Shown here: piece after piece, positions 24,915-39,805 of the stretch
Numbering within the stretch: the stretch's first letter is position 1
Layout of the letters: every line of letters begins with the position of its first letter
From: Paragordius varius
Taxonomy: Eukaryota > Animalia > Nematomorpha
Direction: 5' to 3'
NCBI GenBank assembly: GCA_964247055.1
Contig: OZ176055.1
Coordinates: forward strand, 7,750,001 to 7,814,000
DNA length: 64,000 nucleotides
The notes under the pieces: generated by a model
What the model was told of the DNA's origin: nothing
The model's input: the letters and a program-made list of their open reading frames with translations, nothing else
Database searches by the model: none
Translations under genes and position numbers: made by a program

Positions 24915-25415
24915 TTCATCCTCCGATTCAAATTAAAGTCTTTGAGGACCTCAAGCCTTTAAAATCTAATAATAAAAAATATCGAACAAATTATAACCAT
25001 TGCAAAAATTTGCACTTAAATAATATAAAACCGAAATATAAAAAAACATTCAAAAATAATTGAAAATACTTATTTTAGGGTAAAACTTAAAGGTAATAAT
25101 TTAGTCAACATGACATATGTGCACATATGCATTAGTTAAAGTTTAATGTAATACGAAATAAACCACTTTTTATGTTTGTATCGATGTTAGATGTGATTTA
25201 AATTTAAAATTAGCTTTAAGTTTTACTTTATAATTAAATAAATATAATTGCACAAAGGTTGTAAAATAAATGGCGTCGAAATAATTTGATATGAAACTTT
25301 TTTTTCAAAAACTAAATTAATATTGGCTTATTTATATTAATTGGATTTGTTTTCAGTAGTTTTTTGAAAATATCAAATTAAAAATCTGGCAAGACCCAAT
25401 TTGAATCGAATTAAA
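24915..25415 (+). mobile_element. Decayed copy of the TTAA-flanked family B
   Basis: Shares AAACCGAAATAT, TTTAGTCAAC, GTTAGATGTGATTTAAAT, TGGCGTCGAA and CCCAATTTGAATCGAA with 36172-36742. A further - strand fragment lies near 27900-27970. Confidence 0.65.
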
Positions 25416-26084
25416 GTATCAGTTTGATCAAAAAATGCTTAATTGCCCAAACTAACTTTTGAACTAAAATTGTAACCCGTTCCTGAGATGATTAAATAAG
25501 CTTTTTTTATATAAATATAGCAAATATTTAAATAATCATACTTTAATTGTAAATTAGCTAAAAACTATTTTTTTCTAATATTGTTTAAAAAACATATGGT
25601 TGCTCCATGGATTATTTGAATATAAAAAGTTAAAAAACTAAAAATTAGTGTTTTTAGACATCAATGCTATATCTAATTTTTTACATTTTAAACTCTTCTT
25701 ATACGATTTTTTACTTATAAAGTTTAGTTTATATTACATGTCTTTTAACATTTTCTGCCCTTTACTTCAAAAATAACGAGGGTTGTTGAAATACAAACTA
25801 ATAAAATATTGTATTATCTATGAGCTATTTTGACTTATATGAAGAAAATATTGTAAAAACAGACGCTTAAAATCAGTTTTTTTAATTTTTCTTCCTTATA
25901 TGCAATGTACTTTTAAAAGTTGGCAAGTTATAAATCTTACAATAGGAAAATTAGAAATCCTACATTTTTGACCCTAAATTTGACACATTATTATATATAC
26001 ATAATCAGCTGAGAATTCGCTCCTAAAACCTTTATTTTTCATGTTATAAGCTTTATCAACATGTTAAAAGTTGATTATATAAAG

Positions 26085-26371
26085 TAGGGCTTCTTAAACT
26101 ATAGGTCACGACCCTATTTGGGGTTGCGAGTGATAAAAATAAAATTTGACAAATAATGTTTTTTAACTTGTAAAATTATTGTTATAAAGAAAAATAACAA
26201 TCATCGTAGATAAATATCTCATAAAATCTTCTGGTTTCAAAACGAATTCTAAATTTATATATCATATGCATTTGTATATTGTTACCTAATAAATTTATCA
26301 TCAAAAAATATCAATTTATTTTTCTTTTATATTTGTTGGGGTCGGGAATTACAAAAGTTTAAGAAGCCCTG
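26085..26371. mobile_element. 287-bp Buster-type hAT MITE (same family as the 13451-17637 palindrome)
   Basis: TIRs TAGGGCTTCTTAAAC and GTTTAAGAAGCCCTG. Exact 8-bp TSD ATATAAAG (26077-26084 and 26372-26379). The right part matches 17420-17637. Confidence 0.9.
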
Positions 26372-27992
26372 ATATAAAGCATTTCATAAAATTGATGATC
26401 GATTACATTAAACCCTCGTCATATTAACCTTGATGGGAGTAAATACATGGCTAAATATTTGCATCGTGGCCCTTTTTAAAATATCAGATTAAATTTTCTT
26501 GATTAAAATTAAATTTTTAATTAATTTAAATATTAAAATATTTATTGGAATATTTAAAAAATAGTACAATGTCAGTGACTAGTTTCGAATTTTCAAAAAG
26601 GAATTCATTACACTAGACAACAAATTTTAACTTTTTTTAACTGCCATTCTTGTAAATTTAAAATTTATTTTATTAAAGTACATAATTAGTATATCTGAAA
26701 AGAAAATTGGTCCTGCATGCAAGAATTTTTTTAGATTAGAGTTTATCGATAATTTTTGACCCCGATTTAACATTAAACTCAAGAGTTCGAAAATTAAAAG
26801 TTTTAGATATGAAGCCATGTATTTTATATTATTCGAAAGAGCGCAAAAAACTGCATCTTTGAAATGGTATTAAGTCATTTAAATCAATTGGATGTAAAAG
26901 TTTTTGGATTTAAATGGTCGAAATTTTAAATTCTTAAATAAGTCAAGAATTTTCACAGACAAACTAATTTGAAACTTATATAAATTATTTTAATATAATT
27001 TAGGGTTATATTAGTATTTAATTTAAAAAAAATGTTTGAAAAAGCTTTTGGTTTGCTTTTTTAATAAAAATTATTATTATCATAATTATTTTACCTAGTG
27101 GATACTAAAATGCATAGTTATAACTGTAAATTTATTACACAAGATCAAAAAGACCTTAAACTTTGTTTTTATTTTTAAAATTTCGAAATTATCAGCCTCG
27201 TAAAGAAAATAAATTAATATTGATGAGATGGTAATTTTCAAAAAACTTAAAAATGGCTGTTTTGAGTGATAAAAAAGCAATAAAAAATGTTTTAATCAAA
27301 AAAACTTTCTTGTGTTATCTTTTTTGGACATTCATCACCATCTAAACAAAGTTTGAGCTATTTTCATCCATTAGTTTTAAAAATGATTAAAAAAAATGCT
27401 TTCGCTTCGCGCGTTTGTCGCTCTTTGTGTCCAATATTAATTGTCGATGTAATACATAATAGTATGCATTTTATAGAGTTTTTATTACTCTTTCGAATGA
27501 TATATTACAAATGGGCATTACTTGTATTTTTTCAAAGAAAAACATTTTTTAGTTAAATTTTGATAAAGAGGGCGCATAATCAAAAAAAATCAAATTATAC
27601 AAAATTCTTCCAACGAGTTATAATTTTTATTTCAGATTTACTGTTAAAATGATACTAAATATCAGAAAATGCAAAAAACTCGAGTGGCAGAAAAATTTGT
27701 TGTCCAGTGTTATCATACTGATTATATGAGTGTGTACAATAAATCTGTTATACAAATTTGCTATTATAATAAATATTTTATTATTTTATACCTAAAGCAA
27801 TTAAAACTATTTTATTATTTTGACATTTCGATTCAAATTAAGGCATCTAAATACCCCAGATATTTAAGTTGAATTTAAAAAAACTACTAAGAAGCGGTCT
27901 TAATTAAAATTTAGATTTAAAAAAAGTTCCATATCAAACTACTTCGACGCCATTTTTATTTTACAACATCTGTGCAAAAAATCCTATTTATA

Positions 27993-28683
27993 CCATTTGC
28001 ACTTCAAGAGTGAACACTTCAAGTTGCTCCTTGAACATTTCAAGTTGGTCCTTGAACAGTTCAAGTTGGTCCTTGAACACTTCAAGTTAGTCCTTTGACT
28101 TTTTTGTTTTGTTTTTAACTTTTATCAATCAAAACGTAACAATTTTATTGAACCTATTTTCTATTAATTAACATAAATTTTAAATCGATATCAACTTTTA
28201 AACTTTGAGAAACCGTATATCTTTATTAATTTCTTAAAATAATTTTGGATATTTATAAGATTTTAAAACGAAATGAAAAAATATATAAGTTTTCTGGGTT
28301 ATAAATTAAAATTTTTCATTAAAAACATTTAAAAGTCAATAATTTTGATCAATTGAAAAAATAGTTTGAAACAAAAAAGTGGTTTTCGAATAAAAATAAT
28401 TATTTTTAAATGAATAAATATATAATAAATAAAGAAAATTAGTTTAATAAATAATAAAATAAAAAAATAAATGCAAAAATTATGGTTAAAATCAAAATTT
28501 ATAATTTTTAAGGACCAACTTGAAGTGTTCAAGGACCAACTTGAAATGTTCAAGGACCAACTTGAACTGTTCAAGGACTAACTTGAATTATTCAAGGACC
28601 AACTTGAATTGTTCAAGGAAAAACTTGAAATGTTCAAGGACCAACTTGAACTGTTCAAGGACACTCTTGAAGTGCAAATGTGG
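27993..28683. mobile_element. Foldback-like element whose long TIRs are arrays of a 21-bp unit
   Basis: Left CCATTTGCACTTCAAGAGTG plus about 4 units; right about 7 units of TTGAACTGTTCAAGGACCAAC plus CACTCTTGAAGTGCAAATGTGG. TA on both flanks; AT-rich spacer of about 400 bp. Confidence 0.8.
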
Positions 28684-31589
28684 TATATTTTTGAATGATT
28701 TTTTTAATATTATATAGGTTGCAAACTTTTTCCATGGTTTTAATTCCTTCCATATTTTTTGAAATATTTATTTTAAACAAACCGGGGGTACCAACGACCC
28801 TAGGCCTGTTTTATAAATTGTAAATATGAAAAAATGGTTAAATTATGTAATGATGTCTATTTATTTTTTAAATATCAAGTTTTGGATGATTCATTTTTTA
28901 CATTTTGGTTAATTCATAAAAGTGCCAACTTTTAAAACGGCCTACAATTCATTCCGTATTTTATAAATTATTTGATAGTAAACAGGTCTGGGCTCGTCAA
29001 TTATTTCAACTCGATTTGTAGGTGTTTCACTGTATATTATTTAGTAAACTTATTTTACATAACGTAACATTTAACAAATTATGACGATTTAAACAATTCA
29101 TATTAACCTATACATTTTCGACTAGTTTTGCCTTGTGTATATATATTATATTATTATTATCCATTTATTCCATAAATATTTATAGATATCGAAAAAAAAT
29201 TCCAATATTCCCAATAGTTAGTTTTTTGTCTTTGTCACTGGTCATTTTTTTAAACTAAAATAATCTTTTTTTTACTCCTTCCTTTGAAGTTGTTTTTCTC
29301 TTCTTGATTTTCTTTGATTGCGTTTTTTATGGTGTGTGGACCCTAAACTAACATCCTATTTGTTTTATAATTATTCTTCATTATAAGCAGAGTATTTTAA
29401 GTTTTATACTTCCACTTTAAAGTAGTACATACTCATGTCTGCATAATGAGAAAATTAGCGATTGTTTAACTATGAAATTTTCTTTATCCTTTGTTTTTTG
29501 TGTAATGGAAAATATTTTTTCTTGGATATAAGGTACAATTATTAAAGGGCATAAATTAAAATTACATTTTTGTTTAAAAATAATGATGGAATTATAATTT
29601 CCTAATTAGTCGACATGGATATTGTTAGAGACGGTTTATGTTGGTCTTATTTATATTCCGCTACCTTTTCTAAAACCGCTATCAGCATTTTTAAGAGCTC
29701 ATTACATAGTATAGTATTTGATAAATTAATATAAGTTTATTTGATACTCGGTAACCAATATTGATTTTTTTCCTTTTAATATGTTCTCGTCGTTTCTTCA
29801 TACAGAGAGTAAGTAAATTTGAAAAAGATTATGGAATTATTTTGTTGGGCTTATCTCTTGTTCACAAACAAACAAAAAACATTTGTGATAGAACTTTTTT
29901 GTCCAAAAAATAGTCCAATCTAAACAACATTCCATATGTTTGTAGGGCCGTCCGTCCTCCTTGGCCCTTTAAAATGAAAATAACAACAATAAAAAAAATA
30001 GTATAATATTATTGGATAGATACAGTTCATGAGATATTGTAATATTTTTTTTCAATGTCAATATCGTATTATTATGAATGTATTGAAGAAATAATATTAT
30101 TTCTTCTTTTTTCCTGTTTTTATTCATTCTAATTTCTAACTATACACACATATATAATATATATATATATTTGTGAAAGTCTCAATGTCAACGTTTATAC
30201 TGTGTTGTGTGTCCATTTTTTATGTATATTTATTGATTCATTCCTTATTCCATTATATACATTATATTATTTTTTTTGGATGATAAAAATATAATATACA
30301 TGAGTTTTAGAAATGAATGGAAAAAAAGGGGTCTAAAGAGTACAAATATAAATACATTATATATATTATAGTGATGGATATTATCAATATATGGTGCATA
30401 GGATAAAGGGACATTAGATAAGCTTTTTGGACCCATATATATTAGTTTATACTCGTAACTAGATATAAAAATTAGTTGTATTTATTTAATTTTTGATTTT
30501 ATTGTGTTTCCATATTTCAAATTCTTTTATTGGTGGACTACTACGATTATGTCCTAAATATTTGTTTTTAATTACTTACCATCGTTTGTTTTTCAACTTT
30601 TTAGAACCATTTGATTTAAAATCTTACCGAGAACGGTAAACTGTTGTTTGTCTCATCAAAAACATTCAAGTTTTATAATATTATCGGGTATGGATTTTTT
30701 GAATGTCATTTTACATTAAGATTATTATGAAAAGCTATATTCATTAATTATTATTTTTTGATCGGCTACAATGTTTTTTCGTAAAATTATCTGTCAAAAT
30801 ATCATTCTAAAGTTTCAAACATGAGTCTTTCGCTACAAAAGGTAATTGTTTATAACATAGTTTAAATAAATCTTATTAAAAAAATATTTTATATATAATG
30901 TCATTGTATATATGTATAAAAATTACCTTTAAATCATATCGGAAAACTACAAATCTCTATATTTCTTCTATGTTTTACTAGTATGAATGGAGAATTTTAA
31001 TTGTTTTATTAAAACTGTTTAATAAAATAAACAGTCAATCTACTTTTTAATTAAAGCTATCCAGTACGTTAAAAAATAATTATTTGTCTATAAAAGCCAA
31101 TCTAATGGCTTCCGGTTGCATTCAATAAAATATGGATTTTTTTTTCTTATAAAATTTGGGTAATAAAATTAAATTTGATATCTTAATGCTAGCCGTTCCG
31201 TTTTCTAATGTGAAACGCTCTACTTTTGGATATTTTATTGTTTTCAATATAAATGACACGCTAATACCTCTGTTAAAGTTAACACAACATTCAAACATTA
31301 ATATATTTATGAAATGGGAAAGATTAGCTCATATAAAAGATGTTTTATTTTTTTGGCTAAACGAAAATTCAAGGACTTTTAATGAATTTTTAGGTCACCT
31401 GAAAAGAGCATAATAAAAAAAAGTATTAACACATATTACTAAATTGGTCAAAAATGTCTACTTGTTTTCAAAACTATCGCTTTATTTAACTAAATAAAAT
31501 TTTGTATATTCCCAAATTTTTACATTTTAAATGGTTAAATTTATAAAGTTTAATACTTTTCAAAGTTACCTTAAAGTAGTTTTTATAAT

Positions 31590-31921
31590 CTACAAAAGTT
31601 TCAACACAAATGGTTTCGCGGGCCGCATTTTTGACTCAAAAAATTCGACGGTCCGCATTCAAAAAATATATGGGCTTATATAAATATTTTATGAAATTTC
31701 ATTAAGACTAATTGTTTATTTTAACAATATTTGCCAGTTCATTACCAAAACTTGGATAGGCTCTTAAGAAAATTTGTTTAAGAATCATTAATTTTACTTA
31801 GATTTTATAAATAGCTAGCTGTTTTTAATTATAAAATCTTATATTTAGTATTTTTAAATTTCTCATGGGCTGCATAAATGGGGGACGCATGCAATCCGCG
31901 GGCCGTGTGTTGGCCACCTCA
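31590..31921 (-). mobile_element. hAT MITE family E, copy 2 (more decayed)
   Basis: CAACACAAATGGTTTCGCGGGCCGC ... CGCGGGCCGTGTGTTGGCCACCTC. The internal sequence is the reverse-complement homolog of 23155-23425. No TSD found. Confidence 0.7.
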
Positions 31922-33728
31922 GAACTAACCTATATAAAACAAAATTTTTATCTTTTTCATTTTCTAGTCGGATTGTTGAAATTACCCAGATGAAATCGCA
32001 ATGCGGACTAACTATGGTGTTTAAATTGTTGAATTTTGTGTTTTTTCAGCCATTTATTAACTAATCGACCTAAAGTATTATTTTTAGATAGTTGGATGCG
32101 TGGCTGTGACGAAAACTTATCAGTGAAAAAAAACATTTAAACATAGGTTTATAACTAAATTATAATTAGTATAATTAAAATTACTGATAATGTAAAAACT
32201 GTAACTTTAAATTTTTAATTTATTTGAATCTTTTGTTAGAAAGACATTATAACAATACTAATTGAACGATTAACTTTCTTTTTTTTGTATAGCTACCATA
32301 CATATTTGACATTTATAGTAATGAACTGCCTATGAACTTAACTTACCGCCATTCATAAACGTTTAATCGATTAAAAACCACATTCAAAAAATTCAAGCTG
32401 CTCATCTCTCTGTTAATTTTTAATAATTTATTATTTAGTGTGGACTTTTAATTAAAACATTTGTGATTTATGCTTGAGGTCTGGTGAATTTATTAATTTC
32501 ATGTGATAAAAACGTCATAAAAATATTTTGATAAACTAATTAGTTTAAATGGGGACTTAACTGCTTTTGGCATCAATATATCACAATTACTAATAATAAT
32601 TTTTCTTTTTTTTATAATTCTCAATTCTAAATAGTTTGTCAATGTATTAATTGTTAAAATCAAAAAAAAATCTTTCTTTTACTGTCAAATTGCTGTGGTA
32701 TAAAAAAGTATAAATCTACAGTTGTGTCTGTAAGTCAATCAGTTACTATAATCATCCTTAAATATATATTTCACTATCGATCTTTATATATTATGTTATA
32801 GGCATTGAACAGAAATCACAGTATCATAAAGAAAAGACCATTCTAATTCCCAAAAATAAGTCAAGATCACGTTTTTTGCCTAAAATTTTTCTTTTATCAA
32901 TATTTTTAGAGGAGACTCTCGACCAGAGAAAAGGCTTTGTAAATAAATGTATAGTTATTGAATGTACCTTAAGAGTTTTATTAGCCCATTGATTTGTTTT
33001 ACTTTAGACCTTTAAATAGGTTAAGTTTAAGCTTTTAACTATAATTTTAATGGACTATTTTATATTTCTCTGAATACATTCTGTACCGCGCTATTTCCCT
33101 ATCAAAGTTTTAGGTTAGTTTATTAAAAAGCCTTAAAACTACTATTCAAAATTATATTTAAAGTTGTTTTATCCTTGTAACTTTCTAATATTTTGTCGAA
33201 TTTCGGATATCACACAAAAATATTTAAATGATCCCTTATATACATAATATTGTCACATTTGACATTAAATTATTTATGTTATGGGCTTAAATTTCACATT
33301 TTTTTCCATAAAAATATATATAATTAATTATGCTTTAATTGTCCGTATATATTCCATTAAAGTTTCTATCTAGCAAAAAGTTATTGAACTTGCTAGGCGC
33401 CCTTGTATCATTATCTTAATTTTGACAATAATGTTGGCAATACATTACCTGACTTATGCTAATTTATGTTTTCGGTGGTATAAAAACGAAGGTGTATTTA
33501 TTTGTTTTAAAAAACAAAATTAAATGGACGATTATTTGGGTATAATTATACTTTTTATGATATTGTAATGATATCATTATAGATTTTTATAATATTAGTA
33601 TTTAAACATTTTTATATAATGTAGTAATTAAATTTGAGACAACTTAATTAATATGTCTCTTTCAATTATTTTAGATGTGCAATTATTTATGTATATCATA
33701 TAATTATACAAAAATAAAACAGGTACAA

Positions 33729-33764
<36 letters not shown>

Positions 33765-34499
33765 CCTATGGGCCCTTTCTTTTTGAAATCTGCAATATAT
33801 ATTTAGTTAGTAAAACAAATTGTACTTTGGAAACAAAGAAAGAAGCCATTAACATTATAATTAATTTTTTAGAAAAAAAATCCTAAAGTCAAATGTGTAG
33901 TTAAAAAAATCTCGAAATGTCATTCATTATTGGACACATTAATTAAACCCTAAACGTAATTACATCCATCATTAATAATATCTTATCATAATAATAACTA
34001 TTTTTTGACAAAAATAGGATTTTTTTTTCTCAAGTTCACATAGGTGTAAATCAAAATAATATATATATTATATTTATTCAATTTAAAATTAACAACAACA
34101 TTTGTTTTCATCATACATTAATTTATTATGTATATTGGGACAAGAAGCACCCATTTTAATGGAATATTTATAGAGGTGTTATATGGCTGGCATTGTGAGA
34201 TAGATCACTTTATACATAAATATATATTTAGGTATATAAATTTATTGTAAAACATTTTAGTTTAACTATCTGGCTGACTCTTGATTTTTATTACAATAAT
34301 TTTATTTTAACTAATTAAGAACAATTTTTGTTTAAATTTATTTTATTTTTTAATTTTGGTAAAATAATATATTTCTAAGAATAATCAAACTGTTTTTTGG
34401 GTAAAGGGGGGGAGGGGGGGAGTAGCTAGTACAAATTTGTTGTCAAAACAATTTGAAATGTGTATGTACCTTTATAAGTTTGAGCTGTCTCTCATCCCA

Positions 34500-34838
34500 T
34501 ATTCCATTTTTACCTTGTTCCATGGCGGGCATACATAGGTGTTCTTGCTACTTATTATCATAAAGTTCATATCGTCCTCTTTCTCTAATATTATATAGAT
34601 ATATATTATTTTGTGTCTCGTGTGTGTGTGTGTGTCCTTTTCTCTCTATATTAATGAGATTTTTAGATGAGTGTGTGTGTGTGTACTTGAGCTGCTTTTA
34701 TACGTGTGCTTGTGTGAATCGGGAATATACCTGTTTTCTGGCTCTCTCTTGCTAAATAGCAGGGTGTACTCATTTTTCAACCTAAGTTAACAATTAACTT
34801 TAATTTGTAAAAAAAGTGGTAAAACCCAATTTCACAGG
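34500..34838 (+). promoter_or_regulatory. Possible proximal promoter/non-coding first exon of the POU gene
   Basis: Unique, non-TE-like sequence with (GT)n and CT-rich tracts, ending in a good donor CAG|GTAACG at 34838. This rests on composition only. Confidence 0.2.
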
Positions 34839-36171
34839 TAACGCTTGTTTCACAATATTTTCATAGTTATGGCTCCTTTTTTTAATTTTGTGTATCTATA
34901 TTTTCGGCTCTTTTAACAACAATTCCTAGTTTGTTCCATTAACCAAATTAAATTTTGTGTACGGACACAATCATGATAGCTATCGTCGCACAACAATGTT
35001 GCAGCATAGAATGTGATTGTGGTGTGACTTTGAAATAAATAATTCACAAAAAATTTTTTTTTAATTTATTTAATGGGCACAGTAATAATTATTTTGGGCT
35101 ATGATGGGATGGAAATTATGATGACACTATTATAGTTTACATTGAAAAAAGAAGGTAGCTAACTAATATAATACCCTCCTTTTAACGAAATTAAATACAT
35201 ATATATAATAAAATTATTTTTTACTTACCTTTAGGTGGGTTTTTATGATATAATTATAACTTTAACTTAGTATTTATATATATAGGTTTATTCAGGGTCA
35301 CTAATTTATTCAATAAATTTGCAGCATAATTTGCCCCTAACTCTGCACCAAATTTGAGAGTGTCTATGCTTTATAAATATAAATTAAATTGATGGTTCGT
35401 GTGTTGTTTGTATTTATCCCAACTATATAACTTTTGTACTTTTCATTCTCTATGATTCCTCATTGTTTGGCATGCAAAAAAACCGCCATGGATGGTTTGG
35501 AAAAAAATTTACGGACAAAAATTTTGAAAATATAAATGCTCCAAATCAGAGAAAAACTAATTATTATATAAATTAATCTATGATATAATCGTTTTTTTAT
35601 ATATATATATTGGTGCTTTAAATTAACACTCATATATATATATATATATATATAATTATATTATTATCGAAAAAATTTGCCTAACTTTTACATTTTAAAC
35701 ACCAAAATTTATCTATCAAAATTTTTATGATTTTCTATTTATTTCCATATTTTAATGGAGTACTTTTTGTTATTATTATAAATAGTAGTTTAATTACAAT
35801 TAAGCATAAAACAACACGAGTAAAATATAGTTAAAATTGTAAGAAAAACCACAGTTTTTGTTTAAATTTGAATTAATTTTTAAATCTATAATTTGGAGTT
35901 CATATATACATCTATTTATTACTGTAAAATTAAATATTTTTTTGTTACTATTAAATAGCTAACATTTAATGGGTCCAAACTAATTATATTATATATACTT
36001 ATATGATATTAATTTTGCCTTACGAAAATTATTCAGTATAATAGGGTATATTTTCGATTTATCTAGAAAATTTGTTCAAACCCAATTTGCTATGGGTATT
36101 TTAATTGATTTAAAAAAGGAACAATTTAAATAAATATGTCAGCCAATATAGATATTTTTTGCATAATTTAA

Positions 36172-36742
36172 CACTTGGAGACAACACATTCATTTCAGTC
36201 CTTCGATTTGAATTGGGGTAGATGGATACCCCGGACCTGTTTAAAATTAAATACATTAAAAATATGGAAGGAATCGAAACCATGGCAAAATTTTGCACTT
36301 ATATAGCATTAATAAACCGAAATATATAAAAATTTATATTCAAAAATATTTGACATTATTTATTTTAATGTAAAACCCAATGATAAAAATTTAGTCAACG
36401 TAACATGTGTACATCGGCTAAATTGAAAAATAATATTAAATTAACCTATTTTTTCTATTTCTATCAATGTTAGATGTAATTTAAATAAAAATAGCTTTAA
36501 TTTTACCTTTAAAATTGAACATATTTTGCAAAAATTTTGTAAAATAATATTGGCGTCGAAGTAGTTTGATATTGAAATTTTTTTTCTGAACGAAATTTTA
36601 TATAGATATTTTGGCTTATTTATTTAATTTTTATTAGGATAGGATATAAGCATAAATTTAATTGGGACCGTTTCCTTCAGTAGTTTTTTAAAAATATTGA
36701 TTAAATTTAGTCTGGGTAGTTATCCCAATTTGAATCGAAGTG
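36172..36742 (+). mobile_element. TTAA-flanked non-autonomous element, piggyBac-like (family B)
   Basis: TTAA|CACTT... and ...CCCAATTTGAATCGAAGTG|TTAA. Collinear with the reverse complement of 48434-49530. Confidence 0.75.
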
Positions 36743-38635
36743 TTAAATAAAAAAAAATAAAACAAAATATACTTGGTCACCTGTATTTAAATTTATATGC
36801 CTATAAATAGTTTTAAATACCATATAAACAATCATATATCTTAATGTGTTGTTTTAGATTTAACATATCAAAGTCACACCAAACTTATCACTTTTCCATT
36901 CAAAAAATTTTTGTTGAGTTTTTTAAAACAAAAACCTTAAAGTTAAAATACATTTTTTACCGCTATTAACACTTTAATTCAATTTTGTTTCCTAAATAAA
37001 ACTATTTCACAACACTTATTTTAGCGCACTGATCTTTAAAAGTTTAGAAGTTAAAGACAAATTTTATAAATAATAATTATTTTAATTAATAAAATATTAC
37101 TTTCAAGTGTTGCAGTTTTAATTTTAAAATACATTTAAACGACTATAGGGATATCCTTTTTATTAAATTAACTCAGTCAAATATCATTGATTAAAAGTAT
37201 TTGTCAAATTTTAATTTTACCGATCGATTAATTTCTTCACATTTACAATCATTATTTTTTTAAAAAAATCTAGAAAAATAGCTAAAATATGTGCCTATGA
37301 GAAAAAGTAATTTTACATTAGTACATAACCATGACCCTTTATTTAGTTTTTTTAGCCCAATATTTTTCATGGTCTATTTTATCATTAGCGTTTCGTTAAT
37401 TTGTATCATAAAGTATAAAAAATACCATGTTTATTTATCCAATTTTATTTATAAATACATTCGTGAAAAGATAGCTATATAATATATTAATATATATCGA
37501 TTTTTACGGAATAATAAGAAGTTCGTTTATATGCCCTAATGTTGGAACCATCATCTTCTTATTTATTTGTCTTTGTATAAATATTTTTTGCCCTTTTATA
37601 ATTTTTTAATTGTATTGAAATATTCCACTTTTTAGAATTTCTTTCAAAAATAATCTTATAACATTGTGGTCATAAAGTTTTTCTTTTCATTTAAAGCTGG
37701 AAAATAAGGGGTCATTTTTTCATAGGGTAAGAAAGTTCTCATATTTGCGCCGTTATTTTACGGCCTTTTACTGAATAATTGATATATATTGTGTTTACAT
37801 TGCATAATTAAACATTATGAATATTAACTTTCAGGTTCAATAATAACTGATTGAATATTCCAAATTTTATCGTATAAACTTGACATTAACTGCTATTTAA
37901 TAAGGGATAGCGAACTGAGTTGAATAATAATTTTTTTGGGTTATTAAAAAGCTATGTCTTATCCACATTGTGAAGAAGTTTAGTATGAGATAACGGTAGA
38001 AATGACTTTGTATATGAATAAAATGCGAAAAATAGTAATTCAAGAAAAGATGTAAACCTTAATTATCTCTTTAAATTTTGTTAATCCGCCTATCATACTC
38101 TAAATACTCTTATGAATTACCCCCCTTAGGGCATAAAATGTAAAAGTTTGTAAAAATGTCTATAAATTTCTCAGAAAACATGTGACCTATATATCTTACA
38201 GTTCCTTTAAAATGGGCCTATCCTGGTCCCGCTTCTTTGAATCAGACTTTGTATTTAACCTCACCCTAAGCAAAAAAATCCCCACATATTTTTGTAAACT
38301 AAAATCCCCTGAATTCAATAAAGTCCACTATGTCTTTTATTAAAACGAACAATATGGTAAATTAACCAGTGGGCAGAGCCTTGTCCTATATGAATCCACA
38401 TCAGAAATAGTCTCTTTGATTTATCCTGAAATCTTAATGACCATTTAAATTTAATAATGTTTTATTATTACATTTGCTTTATGAAAGCGCTATTCACGGT
38501 CGTCCTTTCAAAAATTTACGCTTGTATATTAGCTCCTTTTTCTTTTCACGCGGTTGAAATCAAGATTGATTAATTGACTAGCTTGCAGGTATACGATTCG
38601 AAATAATAATTAAAACCCAATTATATTATATATAG

Positions 38636-38671
<36 letters not shown>

Positions 38672-39805
38672 TTATAATTGTAAATTTTAGTGTCTTATTT
38701 TTCTTATACATGATTCAATGGTAATTATACTTTAAAGAGAAAAAAAATATTTTTAGCCATTATGTCTACCAAGAGTTTAAATTTATTCACCTGTAAATAT
38801 ATATATGCGTTTTTGGTGTTGTCTCCAATAATATATAATATATTATTCTTTATAAATATTTGACCGTAATTACATTGGAAACAAAACTTACGAAAATCTA
38901 AAAATAATTTTATTTTAATGAATATCTATCTATATACTTTTTATATCTTTAGAAAATGCACATTGCATACATAAACTAATTTATTTAATGTAAAAAATAT
39001 AATTAAAAACTTGTATATTCGCATTATTTATATTTGAGAAATTTTCAAGCGGTTGGTAAAGAAAGGACACGACATACTAAACATAAAATTTATATAAATA
39101 ATAAGTAGTATATTAAAAACTCCAAAACAATGTGTTTATATAATTAACATTGTATCATCCATATACATGCACATACTTTTTTTTCAAGGTAAAAAAAAGA
39201 TAAGAATGAGTACATTTCTTCTCTGTGTCTCCTTGAACCCTTTCATTTTACTTTAGATCTATTATTACTTGTCCTCCCGAGTGATATATATATACTAATT
39301 ATTATATTTTGGGCAAATTTTTTTAAAAAATTTATTATGTCTTTACCTCAAGTTTTTGCTCTATACGAATGAATATGCCCAAAACACATGAGTTTTAATG
39401 AAATTTCCAATTTTATATTCATTAAGTAGGTTTTTAGCATCAATTTTAGACATACAACATGTACGAGAGGTGACAAGTCAATAATGGTAGAGTATATTAA
39501 ATTAAGGTTATGTAATAACAAGTAGTATAATGTCAATGGTAGAATGCATACAGCACAATCAAAAGCTTTTAGTATTAGGTCATTTTTTTTGAGCTTATAC
39601 AGTCATTTATACAAGTTAATATTGATATTACCTTTAATTATATTTAAATTATTTGTATTCTTATCGTGTTACTCTATAAAAAAGAGTTTACCACTTACAC
39701 TTTATTTTCTTGTCACAAATAATTATTCACGCTATATATATATATATAATATATCACAATTAAAATTTTTATCGTAATTTAATTTCAATATCAAATATTT
39801 GGTAG

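Noticed and set aside
28505-28683. 21-bp repeat array as a CRISPR array, or the ORF 28520-28717 (CSRTNLK repeats) as a protein
   Set aside because: The units are contiguous with no unique spacers, no cas genes are present and the context is eukaryotic. The ORF is simply the translated repeat.
28005-28683. GAA/TTC motifs in the 21-mer as heat-shock or STAT elements
   Set aside because: The spacing is GAA-N3-TTC. HSEs need GAA-N2-TTC and STAT sites are TTC-N3/4-GAA.
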